Shown here piece by piece: positions 1 to 10,548 of a DNA stretch of 64,000 bases. A program made the position numbers and the translations under genes. Source of the DNA: Bacillota bacterium (GTDB lineage Bacteria > Bacillota > Clostridia > Oscillospirales > CAG-382); assembly GCA_029550965.1 (NCBI GenBank), contig JAKPGJ010000015.1, positions 2,139 through 66,138 of the forward strand, read 5' to 3'. The notes beneath the pieces are model-generated. The model ran no database searches. It had not been told where the DNA came from and was given only the letters and a program-made list of their open reading frames with translations. Each line of letters opens with the position of its first letter. Positions within the stretch are counted from its first letter, which is position 1.

Positions 1-1
1 C

Positions 2-997
2 AAAAAAGTGGTAATGGGCTGGTATACCAAATACGAGAATGTCGGCACGGAGGAAAATCCCATCTACAAGTTCGACGAAGCGGATTTGTGGGATTTCGAG
101 AAGGACAGGATCAACGACTCGAATACGGTTGACAGAACCCTTACCCTTTACGCCCGCTGGATCGATCCGCCCACCATATTCTTCGTGGACGCGGACAATC
201 CGGACAACGTTCTGATTAAATGGGAAAATGTTGACGTAACAAAAACGCTTTCCAAGCCGACCACCACCGAAAGGGCAACGTTGGAAAAGGAAAAAGACGG
301 CAGAACCGTAATTTTTACGCTGCTGGATTATTACTTCGACAAAGAATGCACGAGAAAAGCGGTCTGGGGAAGCGACGGCAAAACCATTGAGGAGCTCATC
401 GCAGACCAGAACGGCGATTCCGCAGTCTATATTTACTGCAAGTACATCGAAGGCGAATATACCAGAATCAACAACGCCACCGAACTGAAGAACATCAAGG
501 ATATGAGCGGCAGCTATATTTTAGCCGCCGACATCGACCTTAAGAACGAGAGCTGGACTCCGCTGGGAGAAGAAGCGTTCAAAGGCACCTTCATCGGAAA
601 CGGTTACACCATATCCAACCTAAACGTTACCGCGCTGAACAGAGTCAGCAAAATTGCCGTCAGCGGCGCCGAGGAAAAATCGTTCGGTTTGTTTACAAAA
701 CTTTCCGGCGCGAAATTCTACGGACTGAATTTCAAGAACGTAACCTTGAACATCAACAACACCAGCAACGTTCGGGTCAGCGTCGGCGCATTTGGCGGCA
801 GAGCAGAAAACTGCGTCTTTGAAAACTGCGCGATAGAAGGTTTGAAGGTCACTTCAAGCGGAAAGGTCAGCGTCGAGGTAAGATTCGGCTCCGCCTGCTT
901 TGATAACGGAACAAGCCAGTTTACCAACTGCAGTTTCGCAGACGCGGACCGTAGCGGTCTTAATATTGACGATTCACTTTTAATAATCGGCGAATAA
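2..997 (+). CDS. Cell-surface repeat protein, C-terminal part (5' end outside window)
   Basis: The frame is open from nt 2 (KKVVMGWYTKY...), so the listed GTG at 8 is probably internal. It has a GWYT...LYARW Listeria-Bacteroides-type repeat followed by GNGYTISNLNV-type beta-helix-like segments. Stop at 995-997. Confidence 0.6.
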   Translation, partial: KKVVMGWYTKYENVGTEENPIYKFDEADLWDFEKDRINDSNTVDRTLTLYARWIDPPTIFFVDADNPDNVLIKWENVDVTKTLSKPTTTERATLEKEKDGRTVIFTLLDYYFDKECTRKAVWGSDGKTIEELIADQNGDSAVYIYCKYIEGEYTRINNATELKNIKDMSGSYILAADIDLKNESWTPLGEEAFKGTFIGNGYTISNLNVTALNRVSKIAVSGAEEKSFGLFTKLSGAKFYGLNFKNVTLNINNTSNVRVSVGAFGGRAENCVFENCAIEGLKVTSSGKVSVEVRFGSACFDNGTSQFTNCSFADADRSGLNIDDSLLIIGE

Positions 998-1040
998 CGC
1001 CTATTATTATAAAAATAAAAAAATATTTTAGGAGGGTTTT

Positions 1041-3470
1041 TTGGTGAAGAAAGCAAAACGACTTTTGGTGCTGTTACTATGCTTTGCTTTTGTTTTCAGC
1101 TTCGCCGCCTGCAAACAGACCGGCGATGAAACATCAAAAGATGCAACATCGAATACCACAACTGTTAAACCCGATGTTCCGGATAACAGAAGAGATGCAT
1201 CTGAGCGTACTGGAAACAACGCATCACAGCCGTTGGTAATCAGCACAATGACACTGGACGGCAAGTTCAATCCGTTCTATTACACAAGCGGATATGACGG
1301 CGACATCGTCGGAATGACGCAGATTCCGCTTATCACGAGCAACGAGAAAGCTGAACCTGTCGCCGGCATTAATGAAAACAGCCTTGCTTACAGCTTCAAG
1401 ATGACTGTCAGCGAAGACAAGAGCAAGAGTACCTATGAGTTTATACTTAAGAACGGAATCACGTTCAGCGACGGTACTCCTGTAAGCAGCAAGGACGTAT
1501 TGTTTAACTTATATGAGTTCCTCGATCCCGCTTACACCGGATCGTCCACGCTGTTCTCTATGAACATCGTAGGATACCAGTCCTACAAGAACCAGGTTCC
1601 CGGCGATGAAGCTGCTGAAGCAAAAGACCAGGAATTTGGCGAAGCTGCTCTGAAGAGAGTAGAAGCGCTTGTTGCCGGCAACGGAACCGAAGCAGACATC
1701 GCCGCTGCATGGGCTAAGGTTAAAGAGCGCATCGCCGAAGATGCTTCCGTTCTTGCAGGTTATCTTGCGCAGGGCTATACGCTTGAAGCTTTCGGAATCG
1801 GCAAGAACTGGCCCGAAGATTTCAACAAGGACGCAGCAATCCTTGGATACATGGGCAACATCAGCTGCGAAGACGGCACTGTCAAAGCAGTCGATACCAA
1901 CGTTGACCTCAACAAACTCGCTTCCATGACACTGGAAGAAGCAGTTGATCTCGCATTCAACTATACAAAAGCAAATATGTCTCTTGTTGAATACGACTTG
2001 AATTACGGCTGGTCCGTTGTAACCGACGGCAGCGAGGAAAAAGCTTCTGAAGCTTCGGATATGTTCAAAGAGTTCAAGAAAGACGAAGCTGCTAAGTACC
2101 TCGAAGAGAACAAAGGTACCGTTAAGAGCATCAGCGGTATCACAGCCGACAAAGTCGTATGCGACGACGGCGTTGAGCGCGAAAGAATTACTGTCGTTCT
2201 GAACGGCGTCGACCCCAAAGCGATTTGGAACTTTACTTTCTACGTAGCGCCGCTGCATTACTACTCAACCGACGAGCTTGTCGCTAAGTTTGACGGCGTT
2301 GAGAACTTCGGCGTTGAATTCAACAGCACAGAATTCCAGGATCAGCTCAAGAAGAAGACCGTTCCGCTCGGCGCAGGTCCGTACATTGCAGCTGACGACC
2401 AGGGTAACGTTACAACCGACTTTACCAAGTTCTTCAAAGACGGTATTGTTAACTTTGTTGCGAACGATAACTTCATGTTATCCGCTCCGAAAATTAAGTA
2501 TGTCCGTTATAAGACAATCTCTGCCGGAAGCCAGCTTTCTGCTCTGAAGAGCGGCGAGGTTATGTACTCCGACCCGCCTGCAAGACCGAAGAGCATCAGC
2601 GAACTCGCTGGTACCGATCTCAAGCAGATCCTTGTCGACAACCTCGGCTACGGCTACATCGGCATTAACGCTAAACTCATTCCGGATATCAACGCAAGAA
2701 GAGCGATTGCTTCCGCATTTGACGTAACGCTCGCGCTTGAGTACTACACCGGCGGATTGGCTTCCAACATCTACCGCAGCATGTCCAAGATTTCATGGGC
2801 ATATCCGACCGACGCTACCAATATGTATCCGTTTGATGAGTCCGGCGAAGCATCCAAGCAGTTCTTCCTGAAGTCCGACAACTTCATTGAGAAGGACGGC
2901 AAGGTTGTGAACAAAGACGGCTCGCCCGTTAAGTACACATTTACGCTTCCGCAGGCAGCCGATGACCATCCGGCAGGAAGAATCTTCCTGAAGGCTAAGG
3001 AAGTTCTTGCTAAGATCGGCGTCGACGTCACGATCGAAGTTGACGACAACCTGCTCAGCAAGCTCGAAAACGACGTTGTCGCGATTTGGGCAGCCGCATG
3101 GCAGGCAACCATAGACCCGGATCTCTTCCAGGTTTACTACTCCGATCCGAACAAGAACACTTCTTCGTCGCCCAAGTCTTACGGTCTGTACTGGCTGTTT
3201 GAAAACGGAACCGATGAAGAAAAGGCGCTTCTGAGAGAACTCAACGATCTCATTATGAAGGGCCGCGAGTCCCTCAACGTTGAAGAGAGAAAGCCCGTAT
3301 ACGCTCAGGCGCTTGACGATCTCGCTAAGCTCTGCGTCGAGATCCCGACCTATCAGAGAAAGAACATGTATGTTTACAACAGCGCCATTATCGACGGCAC
3401 CACTCTCTGGCAGAACGTAACGCCTTACAAGGGACCGCTCGCTGAGATTTGGAACGTAAGCTTTAAATAA
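1041..3470 (+). CDS. ABC transporter substrate-binding lipoprotein, peptide/nickel (family 5) type, long 809-aa form
   Basis: GTG start follows a GGAGGG RBS. Signal peptide with lipobox FSFAAC. The body resembles family-5 SBPs, and it is the first gene of a B/C/D/F-type ABC operon. Confidence 0.85.
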   Translation: MVKKAKRLLVLLLCFAFVFSFAACKQTGDETSKDATSNTTTVKPDVPDNRRDASERTGNNASQPLVISTMTLDGKFNPFYYTSGYDGDIVGMTQIPLITSNEKAEPVAGINENSLAYSFKMTVSEDKSKSTYEFILKNGITFSDGTPVSSKDVLFNLYEFLDPAYTGSSTLFSMNIVGYQSYKNQVPGDEAAEAKDQEFGEAALKRVEALVAGNGTEADIAAAWAKVKERIAEDASVLAGYLAQGYTLEAFGIGKNWPEDFNKDAAILGYMGNISCEDGTVKAVDTNVDLNKLASMTLEEAVDLAFNYTKANMSLVEYDLNYGWSVVTDGSEEKASEASDMFKEFKKDEAAKYLEENKGTVKSISGITADKVVCDDGVERERITVVLNGVDPKAIWNFTFYVAPLHYYSTDELVAKFDGVENFGVEFNSTEFQDQLKKKTVPLGAGPYIAADDQGNVTTDFTKFFKDGIVNFVANDNFMLSAPKIKYVRYKTISAGSQLSALKSGEVMYSDPPARPKSISELAGTDLKQILVDNLGYGYIGINAKLIPDINARRAIASAFDVTLALEYYTGGLASNIYRSMSKISWAYPTDATNMYPFDESGEASKQFFLKSDNFIEKDGKVVNKDGSPVKYTFTLPQAADDHPAGRIFLKAKEVLAKIGVDVTIEVDDNLLSKLENDVVAIWAAAWQATIDPDLFQVYYSDPNKNTSSSPKSYGLYWLFENGTDEEKALLRELNDLIMKGRESLNVEERKPVYAQALDDLAKLCVEIPTYQRKNMYVYNSAIIDGTTLWQNVTPYKGPLAEIWNVSFK

Positions 3471-3495
3471 GCAAAACGAACATTAAACAGTTTAA

Positions 3496-3527
3496 TCGGG
3501 GCTTAATAGTCCGCTATTAAGCCCCGA
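3496..3527 (+). other. Intercistronic 14-bp perfect stem-loop without U-tract (mRNA stabiliser/partial attenuator between SBP and permease genes)
   Basis: tcggggcttaatag-tccg-ctattaagccccga read directly; followed by cttaaatg, so it is not a canonical terminator. Confidence 0.55.
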
Positions 3528-3663
3528 CTTAAATGAAAAAAGAAAAATATAAAACGATCAATGAAGCACAAGCGTTATGTTTGTGGTTCATTGAGTGTTT
3601 TATATGGCGAAACATATAAAATGTCTAAAAAAGCAGGATAGATGATTTTAGGGAGGAATTCTT

Positions 3664-4653
3664 TTGTTCAAGTATATAATGAAAAGATTATTACTTGGTT
3701 TATTAATTCTGTTCGGCGTTTCGATCATTATATATTTTCTTGTTCGAAACATGCCGGCGGATTACATTGACACACAAACCGCGGCTCAGGTCTCGCAGGG
3801 CAAGCTGACCCGAGAGCAGGTTGAAAATATGAAAGCGCTATACGGAATCGGCGACAATTCGTTTACCGGCATTTTGAAAAACTATTTTACCTGGTTGGGC
3901 AATCTGCTCAAAGGCGATTTGGGTATTTCGTTCGTTTACGGAAGACCTGTGGCGGACGTTATCAACCAGTACATGTGGATATCGTTCGGCATCTCCTTTA
4001 CGGCCTTGATTTTTGAAGTAATCATCGCGATTCCTCTCGGCATCTATGCTGCTACCAACCAGTACGGCGTCGCGGATTACACCGTTACGGTACTGGCGAT
4101 GATGGGTATTTCGCTGCCGTCCTTCTTCCTTTCGGCGCTGTTACTTAGAGTTTTCTCGTTAAAACTGGGCTGGTTCCCGTTGTTGGGTTTGCGCGACGCG
4201 ACGCAGATGCTCTCCGGCTTCCCGGCGTTTTTGGATATGCTGCACCATTTGGTGCTGCCGATGACAACGCTTGTGCTTTTGTCCGTCGGAGGCTTGATGC
4301 GTTACACCAGAACCAATATGCTCGAGGTTCTCAATTCTGATTACATCCGCACCGCAAGAGCAAAAGGCCTTTCGGAAAAAACCGTTATCTACAAACACGC
4401 TTTCCGGAACACGCTGATTCCGCTGGTTACGCTGCTCGGCGGAACCATTCCTTCGCTCTTCGGCGGCGCTATGATTACCGAAAGCGTTTACGCGCTTGAA
4501 GGTATCGGTTATACCGCTTATAAGGCCGTGCTTCAGGCAGACGTGCCGTTCGTTATGGGTTACAATATGTTTATCGCTGTGTTGACCGTATTGGGAATTT
4601 TGATTTCCGATCTGCTATACATGGTTGTTGACCCTCGTGTTAAGCTGAGGTAA
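3664..4653 (+). CDS. ABC transporter permease (DppB/OppB type)
   Basis: TTG start after a GGGAGGA RBS. Multi-TM protein with the binding-protein-dependent permease EAA loop (IRTARAKGLSEKTVIYKHAFRN). Confidence 0.9.
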   Translation: MFKYIMKRLLLGLLILFGVSIIIYFLVRNMPADYIDTQTAAQVSQGKLTREQVENMKALYGIGDNSFTGILKNYFTWLGNLLKGDLGISFVYGRPVADVINQYMWISFGISFTALIFEVIIAIPLGIYAATNQYGVADYTVTVLAMMGISLPSFFLSALLLRVFSLKLGWFPLLGLRDATQMLSGFPAFLDMLHHLVLPMTTLVLLSVGGLMRYTRTNMLEVLNSDYIRTARAKGLSEKTVIYKHAFRNTLIPLVTLLGGTIPSLFGGAMITESVYALEGIGYTAYKAVLQADVPFVMGYNMFIAVLTVLGILISDLLYMVVDPRVKLR

Positions 4654-4667
4654 GGAGGGGCTGCAAA

Positions 4668-5711
4668 ATGTCAGAGAACAAAAAAGTACCAGATACAATT
4701 GATGAGTTGGAAGAAGAGAGTTTATCGGACAGCGTGAAGGTTTTATCGCCCGGCAGACTGGTTCTTCGCCGCTTCTTCAGAAGCCGCCTTTCTATTGTCG
4801 GCTTGAGCATTCTTATTTTCCTTTTCGCTTTCTGTTATATCGGACCGTTGTTTGTCGAATATACGGACACAACCACCTTTGCGATTCCGCGCGAAATAAA
4901 GATGGTTACCGAGGAGCATTTTACCGGCGCGGACGGAAAAGTATATACCTATTACGACGTATCCAAAAACCTTGCGTACGATAAAGCGCCGCCTTCTAAG
5001 GAGCACTGGCTGGGAACCGACCCCAACGGCATGGACGTATTCACGCGTCTTATGTACGGCGGCCAGGTTTCGTTAAAGATCAGCTTTATCGTCGTTCTTC
5101 TGGAAGCATTGCTTGGCGTTATCTTCGGCGGCATTGCAGGCTATTTCGGCAAATGGGTGGACATGCTGATCATGCGAATCGTCGATATATTCTACTGTCT
5201 GCCCGGTCTGCCGCTGCTGCTGATTGCGTCCCAGATCATCAGGGCGATTCCCTCCATTCACCCGAACGAGCGCCTTTACTGGCTGATGGGCATTCTCACC
5301 TTCTTCAGCTGGTCTGGTACCGCAAGACTGGTCAGAGGCCAGATATTGTCCTTGAGAGAACAGGAATTTATGATCGCCGCGGAAGCAACCGGTCTTAAAG
5401 CGCGCACAAAAATTATCAAGCACCTGATTCCGAACGTAATGCCGCAACTGATCGTTTCGATGACACTTGGTCTTGGACAAATAATCCTTTACGAAGCTAC
5501 GCTTTCCTACCTTGGCTTAGGCGTTCCGTTCCCGTATGCTGCGTGGGGTTCAATGATCTCGGCAGCCGACCCGTCGAAAGGAAGCGAGATTCTTTCCTTC
5601 TACCCGAACCTCTGGGTTGCGCCCGGTATTCTCATCGTCGCCGCGGTTCTCGGCTTTAACTTCGTCGGCGACGGACTTCGTGACGCTTTTGACCCGAAAA
5701 TGAAGAAGTAA
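4668..5711 (+). CDS. ABC transporter permease (DppC/OppC type)
   Basis: AGGAGGGG RBS. N-terminal cytoplasmic extension, TM segments and EAA loop (MIAAEATGLKARTKIIKHLIPN). Confidence 0.9.
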   Translation: MSENKKVPDTIDELEEESLSDSVKVLSPGRLVLRRFFRSRLSIVGLSILIFLFAFCYIGPLFVEYTDTTTFAIPREIKMVTEEHFTGADGKVYTYYDVSKNLAYDKAPPSKEHWLGTDPNGMDVFTRLMYGGQVSLKISFIVVLLEALLGVIFGGIAGYFGKWVDMLIMRIVDIFYCLPGLPLLLIASQIIRAIPSIHPNERLYWLMGILTFFSWSGTARLVRGQILSLREQEFMIAAEATGLKARTKIIKHLIPNVMPQLIVSMTLGLGQIILYEATLSYLGLGVPFPYAAWGSMISAADPSKGSEILSFYPNLWVAPGILIVAAVLGFNFVGDGLRDAFDPKMKK

Positions 5712-5734
5712 ACCGGAAATGATGGTGTAAATCT

Positions 5735-6889
5735 ATGAACGGTATCAATAAAAATAAAAATAAATATACGCTGACTCGAAAAGAAGAGCGCGCGATCATC
5801 CGTGAAAACAGAAAAATGATGCGCCACTTCGAGAAGCTGAAAAAGCGTAAGAATGTTTCGGAAAGCGAATATCTGACGCAAATGCGCGACCCGAACAATC
5901 TGGTAGAGTTCGACGATCTGCATACGTACTTCTATACGGATATCGGAACCGTAAAAGCGGTTGACGGCGTTTCGTTTGAAATTCCGAAAGGAAGCACGGT
6001 GGGCGTCGTCGGCGAATCCGGCTGCGGCAAAAGCGTTACCTCGCTTTCGCTGATGCAGTTGGTGCAGGCGCCGCAGGGACAGGTTGTAAAAGGCTCTATC
6101 CGCTTTAACGCGGGCGACAAATGCTACGATATCGTAAAAATGCCGACCGAGGCGATGCGCAAAATCAGAGGCAAGGATATCTCGATGATATTCCAGGAGC
6201 CGATGACCAGCTTGAATCCCGTCTTTACGATCGGCAGTCAGATCGACGAGGTGATCCTGCTTCACCTCGAGGGTTATACCAAAAAGCAGGCAAAAGAAAA
6301 ATCCATCGAGATGTTGAAGCGCGTCGGCATCGCGAGACCGGAGGCTGTTTATGACAGCTATCCGCACGAGCTTTCCGGCGGTATGCGTCAGAGAGTTATG
6401 ATCGCGATCGCTTTGGCCTGCGAGCCGAAGCTGATTATCGCCGACGAGCCGACCACCGCGCTTGACGTTACGATTCAGGCGCAGATTCTTGACCTGTTAA
6501 GAGAAATCAAGCATAAAACAAACAGCAGTATAATGCTGATTACCCACGACTTAGGCGTGGTTGCGGAAATGGCGGACTATGTTGTCGTCATGTACGCCGG
6601 CAGAATTATAGAAAAAGGCACTGTCAACGATATCTTTCTTGACCCCAAGCATCCCTATACGATCGGTCTAATGAAGAGCAAGCCGGTTGTAAACAAAGTT
6701 GTTGACCGTCTTTACAGTATCCCCGGTCAGGTTCCGAACCCGATTAATATGCCCAACTATTGCTACTTCAGGGACAGATGCGACCGTCGGTTCGACAAAT
6801 GCGCCGGAGATTATCCACCGTTGTATAAAATCAGCGATACTCATTATGCTGCCTGCTATTTGTGTGATAAGAGCAAGGAGGCGCAATAA
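5735..6889 (+). CDS. ABC transporter ATP-binding protein (DppD/OppD type)
   Basis: Walker A GESGCGKS, signature LSGGMRQR, Walker B IIADEPTTALD, and a C-terminal oligopeptide-type Cys-rich extension. Confidence 0.9.
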   Translation: MNGINKNKNKYTLTRKEERAIIRENRKMMRHFEKLKKRKNVSESEYLTQMRDPNNLVEFDDLHTYFYTDIGTVKAVDGVSFEIPKGSTVGVVGESGCGKSVTSLSLMQLVQAPQGQVVKGSIRFNAGDKCYDIVKMPTEAMRKIRGKDISMIFQEPMTSLNPVFTIGSQIDEVILLHLEGYTKKQAKEKSIEMLKRVGIARPEAVYDSYPHELSGGMRQRVMIAIALACEPKLIIADEPTTALDVTIQAQILDLLREIKHKTNSSIMLITHDLGVVAEMADYVVVMYAGRIIEKGTVNDIFLDPKHPYTIGLMKSKPVVNKVVDRLYSIPGQVPNPINMPNYCYFRDRCDRRFDKCAGDYPPLYKISDTHYAACYLCDKSKEAQ

Positions 6890-7887
6890 TGGACAACACG
6901 ATCAAAACCAACGATACGCAGTATTGTCTGCAGGTAAAAAACCTGAAGAAATACTTTACGATCGGAAAAACATTCTTCGGCACGCCGAACCAGTTTCTAA
7001 AAGCGGTTGACGATGTCTCGTTCGATATTGAAAAGGGCACGACGCTCGGTTTAGTCGGCGAGTCGGGCTGCGGCAAAACGACGGTCGGAAGAAGCATCCT
7101 CCGCCTGCACGAGATTACCGACGGACAAATCATCTTCAACGGCGTTGACATTACAAAGCTAAAGCACGAAGAGCTTCGGCGGCTGCGCCCGAAAATGCAG
7201 CTGATTTTCCAGGACCCTTATTCCAGCCTGAGCCCGAGAATGAACGTCGGCGAAATCATCGGCGAAGCCGTAAAGGCGCACCGCATTGTTCCGCGCAGCG
7301 AGTACAAGGATTACGTGCTCGGCGTTATGCAGAACTGCGGACTGCGTCCTCAGTATTTCGACAGATACCCGCACGAGTTTTCCGGCGGACAGCGGCAGCG
7401 CATCTGCATTGCGCGCGCGCTGGCGCTCAAACCTGAATTTATCGTGTGCGATGAGCCGGTTTCGGCGCTTGACGTTTCGATTCAGGCGCAGATTATAAAC
7501 CTGCTCAAGGACCTTCAGGATCAGTATAAATTCTCGTATCTGTTTATTTCTCACGATCTCTCCGTCGTCGAGTATATTTCGCACAAAGTCGGGGTAATGT
7601 ATTTGGGGAACATCGTGGAAATGGGTACGAAAGAGCAGATTTTTAAGAACCCGATGCACCCGTACACAAAGGCGCTGCTCAGCGCGGTTCCGGTTCCGGA
7701 CCCGACGGTGAAAATGAACCGCATCATCCTGCAGGGCGATCTTCCCTCGCCGGCAAACCCGCCCAAGGGCTGCAAGTTCTGCACCAGATGCCCGAACTGC
7801 ATGGATATCTGCAAAGAGGTTCCGCCGGTTTACAAGGAGTACGAAAAAGGACATAAAGTCGCCTGCCATTTGTATCCGCAGGACTAA
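6889..7887 (+). CDS. ABC transporter ATP-binding protein (DppF/OppF type)
   Basis: Start overlaps the stop of the previous gene. Walker A GESGCGKTT, signature FSGGQRQR, Walker B IVCDEPVSALD. Confidence 0.9.
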   Translation: MDNTIKTNDTQYCLQVKNLKKYFTIGKTFFGTPNQFLKAVDDVSFDIEKGTTLGLVGESGCGKTTVGRSILRLHEITDGQIIFNGVDITKLKHEELRRLRPKMQLIFQDPYSSLSPRMNVGEIIGEAVKAHRIVPRSEYKDYVLGVMQNCGLRPQYFDRYPHEFSGGQRQRICIARALALKPEFIVCDEPVSALDVSIQAQIINLLKDLQDQYKFSYLFISHDLSVVEYISHKVGVMYLGNIVEMGTKEQIFKNPMHPYTKALLSAVPVPDPTVKMNRIILQGDLPSPANPPKGCKFCTRCPNCMDICKEVPPVYKEYEKGHKVACHLYPQD

Positions 7888-7911
7888 AACTGGAACGATT
7901 GGGTATTGTGA

Positions 7912-8202
7912 ATGGAAGAAAAAGAGAAAGTCAACGAGAACAACGCTGAAAAAAAGAAAAAGAAAAAAGTAAAGTATATTGACGACGGCAGGACGATTGC
8001 CAACATGAACGTTGAAGGCATGAGAGGGTACGTTCCTGAAAAATACAAACGCGCCAAATCCGAGCTTGCCGATCTCAAAATCACAAAAGCGGAACGCCGC
8101 GCGATGATCAAAGGCGCGCTGCTCGCGATTCTGCCGCTTGTGTTTGCGTATATCGCGATGTTCTTTCTTATCTTCCTGATCATATATTTTTGGCTGTCAT
8201 AA
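7912..8202 (+). CDS. Small hypothetical membrane protein (Lys-rich N-terminus, one C-terminal TM)
   Basis: 96-aa ORF between the ABC operon and a strong terminator. The RBS is weak and I recognise no family. Confidence 0.45.
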   Translation: MEEKEKVNENNAEKKKKKKVKYIDDGRTIANMNVEGMRGYVPEKYKRAKSELADLKITKAERRAMIKGALLAILPLVFAYIAMFFLIFLIIYFWLS

Positions 8203-8243
8203 AAAAATAAGCGGGTGTTTCACGCACCCGCTTTTCTTTTTTT
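8201..8243. terminator. Bidirectional intrinsic terminator
   Basis: gcgggtg-tttcacg-cacccgc stem, flanked by an A-run upstream and a T-run downstream. Sits between convergent genes. Confidence 0.8.
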
Positions 8244-8246
8244 GGT

Positions 8247-10419
8247 TTAGGAGTATAGACTCTGTGTTCCGATAATATGTTTTTTAAGCCTTAAATAATC
8301 CAGCGAATCCGGCGTGTCAGAACTGCTGATGCAGGCGGCTCTTAAATATGCGCCCTCAAGTTTATAGGAACCGACCAATGCTTTTTTGAGCAGCAGACAG
8401 TCGTAAGAATCCACGAAGCCATCGCCGTCTATATCGCCGAGCACAACGATTGTGTAGGTATTGGTTCCGTCCGAAGCCGTATCGCCGGTGGAGACAACGG
8501 ACGAATCGTTCAGCGGCTTCCCGTTTGCACCGATAATCGTCATCCCGACCGCTTTCTTAAGAAGCGCTGCGGTTGTGCCTTCTTCAACACCGGTTATCAT
8601 ATCGTTTTCGATTTTAATTTGGCTCTCCGTCAGCGAAACGAAGTTAAAGCCGTACAGCTGCGCATAAATCTCCGCGTACGAACCGGGGACGCCGACTATC
8701 GTATAATGATAGGGTTCCCACATGAAATGCAGCGCGTTCTGAAGCATATACTCGACATTGCCGCGAATTGTAATGGTTTTCAGATTTTCGGATTGAAATG
8801 CTCTGGCTTCTATGGTCTTAACGCCTTTCCCGATCGTGAGCTGGTTCAGCTTGGAGCAGTCTCTAAACGCGTCGCCTTTAATCCGTTCAACGCTGTCGGG
8901 AATATTGACGCTTGTCAGCTTATAACAGTATCTGAACGCTTCGCTTCCGATGGTTACGACGCTGTTTGGAATGTTGATGCGCTCGATATTATTGCTATAT
9001 GCGAAGGTATATCCCGATATGTATTTTACGCCATGCGGAATATCAACCGCGGTCTTGCTGCCTTTATATCGAATAAGAATGCGTCGCCGACGATGATAAA
9101 TTCGCCTGTCTGCGCGCTCATCCAGGGCGTATTCTCAAACGCCAATGTTTCTATCTCTTTAATGCCGTTTGGAATGCTCGGAAAATATGCGTTTGAATCG
9201 GAAAAGGCAGCGATGCCGATATATACAAGGCTTTTCGGCAGCGTCGCGTTTAACAGCTGCGCGCCCTGAAAAGCTGCGTGGCATATATGGGTAACGCCTT
9301 CCGGAATCGAATTGACTGTTTTATACTTGAACACGCCGCCCGCGATGACGCGCACGCCGGACGGGATAACGCTGTTGTTGCAGGCAAGCAGAATGCCGTT
9401 TTCTACAACCGCGCTGTTGTTTTTACGGGCATTCATATACGCCGTTCCAGCAAAAACGTCGACATGCACCTTTACAAGACTGTTCGGCAGAGAAATTCTG
9501 GATAAATCCTTGCATCCGGAAAAAGCAATCGTTGCAATCTCCTCTACCCCTTCGGGCAGCGAGATTTCGGTCAGCGCGCAATTGCAGAAAGCGCCGTATC
9601 CGATATATTTCAGATTTTTGGGAAACTGAACGCTCTTTAGTTTTCTACAGTTGCCGAAAGCCATTTCTTCGATTCTGGTCACGCCGTCCGGAATGACAAT
9701 GCTCTCCAAAGACGTTTCGCAGAAAGCGAAGCTGCCGATATATTTCAGCGTGCTGGGCAGAACTGCTTCTTTGAGGTTAAAGCAGAAGTCAAATGCATAG
9801 GTGTCAACCCTGGTCATGCCTTCGGGCAGCGTAACTTTCTCAATGTTGTTGTTATAATAAAACGCATGCTCCTTTATCGCTTTAACGCCGTTCGGAACTA
9901 CAAAGTGTTTTTCTGTAAGTCCGTTGGGATATGTATCTTTGCTGTAAAGCACACCGTTTTCCGCGGTAAAGTGCTGGTTTTCTTCGCTGACTGTGATCGC
10001 TGTCAAATTCGGACAGTAAAACGCCCTTTCGCCGACATAACGTACGCCTTTTCCCAGCGCAACATTTGTAAGAGAAGAGTTCGAAAACGCGCCGTTCTTA
10101 ATTACTTCAACGCTGTTCGGTACGGTAAGCTGACGGACCGAACTGTTTCCGCTTAAAAAACCGGTTTCAATGATCTTGACAGGTTTGCCGTTAAAAGTAT
10201 CCGGCAAAACCAAATTCTGCTCGTATCCGTTATACTTGACCAAAACGATTTCGCCGTTGTCCTCGGATACTTATAGCTTCCCGCTGTAACGACTTCTTCA
10301 GACGTATACGCTGCGTATTTATCCGCATCAGCAGTTTCCGAAATCGCTAAAACCGAAGGAATCGTAATCAGCACAAAAAGCATGAGGGAGATGACTGTAA
10401 ACACTGTTGTCTTTTTCAT
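8247..10419 (-). pseudogene. Secreted BspA-type leucine-rich-repeat protein with C-terminal dockerin, split by two frameshifts
   Basis: Three consecutive minus-strand frames make up one gene. 10419-10153 carries the signal peptide MKKTTVFTVISLMLFVLITIPSVLA. 10243-9026 carries LRR repeats (...VLPDTFNGKPVKII...). From about 9080 to 8247, hand translation gives LIRYKGSKTAVDIPHGVKYISGYTFAYSNN... running into the listed 166-aa ORF, which ends with the dockerin-like GDIDGDGFVDSYDCLLLKKALVG. The frame junctions are near 10262-10272 and 9065-9085. Confidence 0.7.
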
Positions 10420-10502
10420 ACATTTTTCGCCTTTCGTTGTATTTATATTTTATATTATCAAATATTTTTAATTTAGTCAACACTTTTTTCTGTTTTTTTG
10501 TC

Positions 10503-10540
10503 GAAAAAAGAGACCGCTCATAAAACGGTCTCTCTTTTTT
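10503..10540 (-). terminator. Intrinsic terminator after dut (end of fusion-aroQ-dut operon)
   Basis: gagaccg...cggtctc stem. On the minus strand it is followed by a T-run (the complement of aaaaaa at 10504-10509). Confidence 0.7.
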
Positions 10541-10548
10541 ATTATAAA

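Noticed and set aside
5600-6367. 255-aa minus-strand ORF opposite the DppD/OppD-type ATPase gene
   Set aside because: It is antisense to a gene with Walker A, Walker B and signature motifs, and its composition is of the antisense type.
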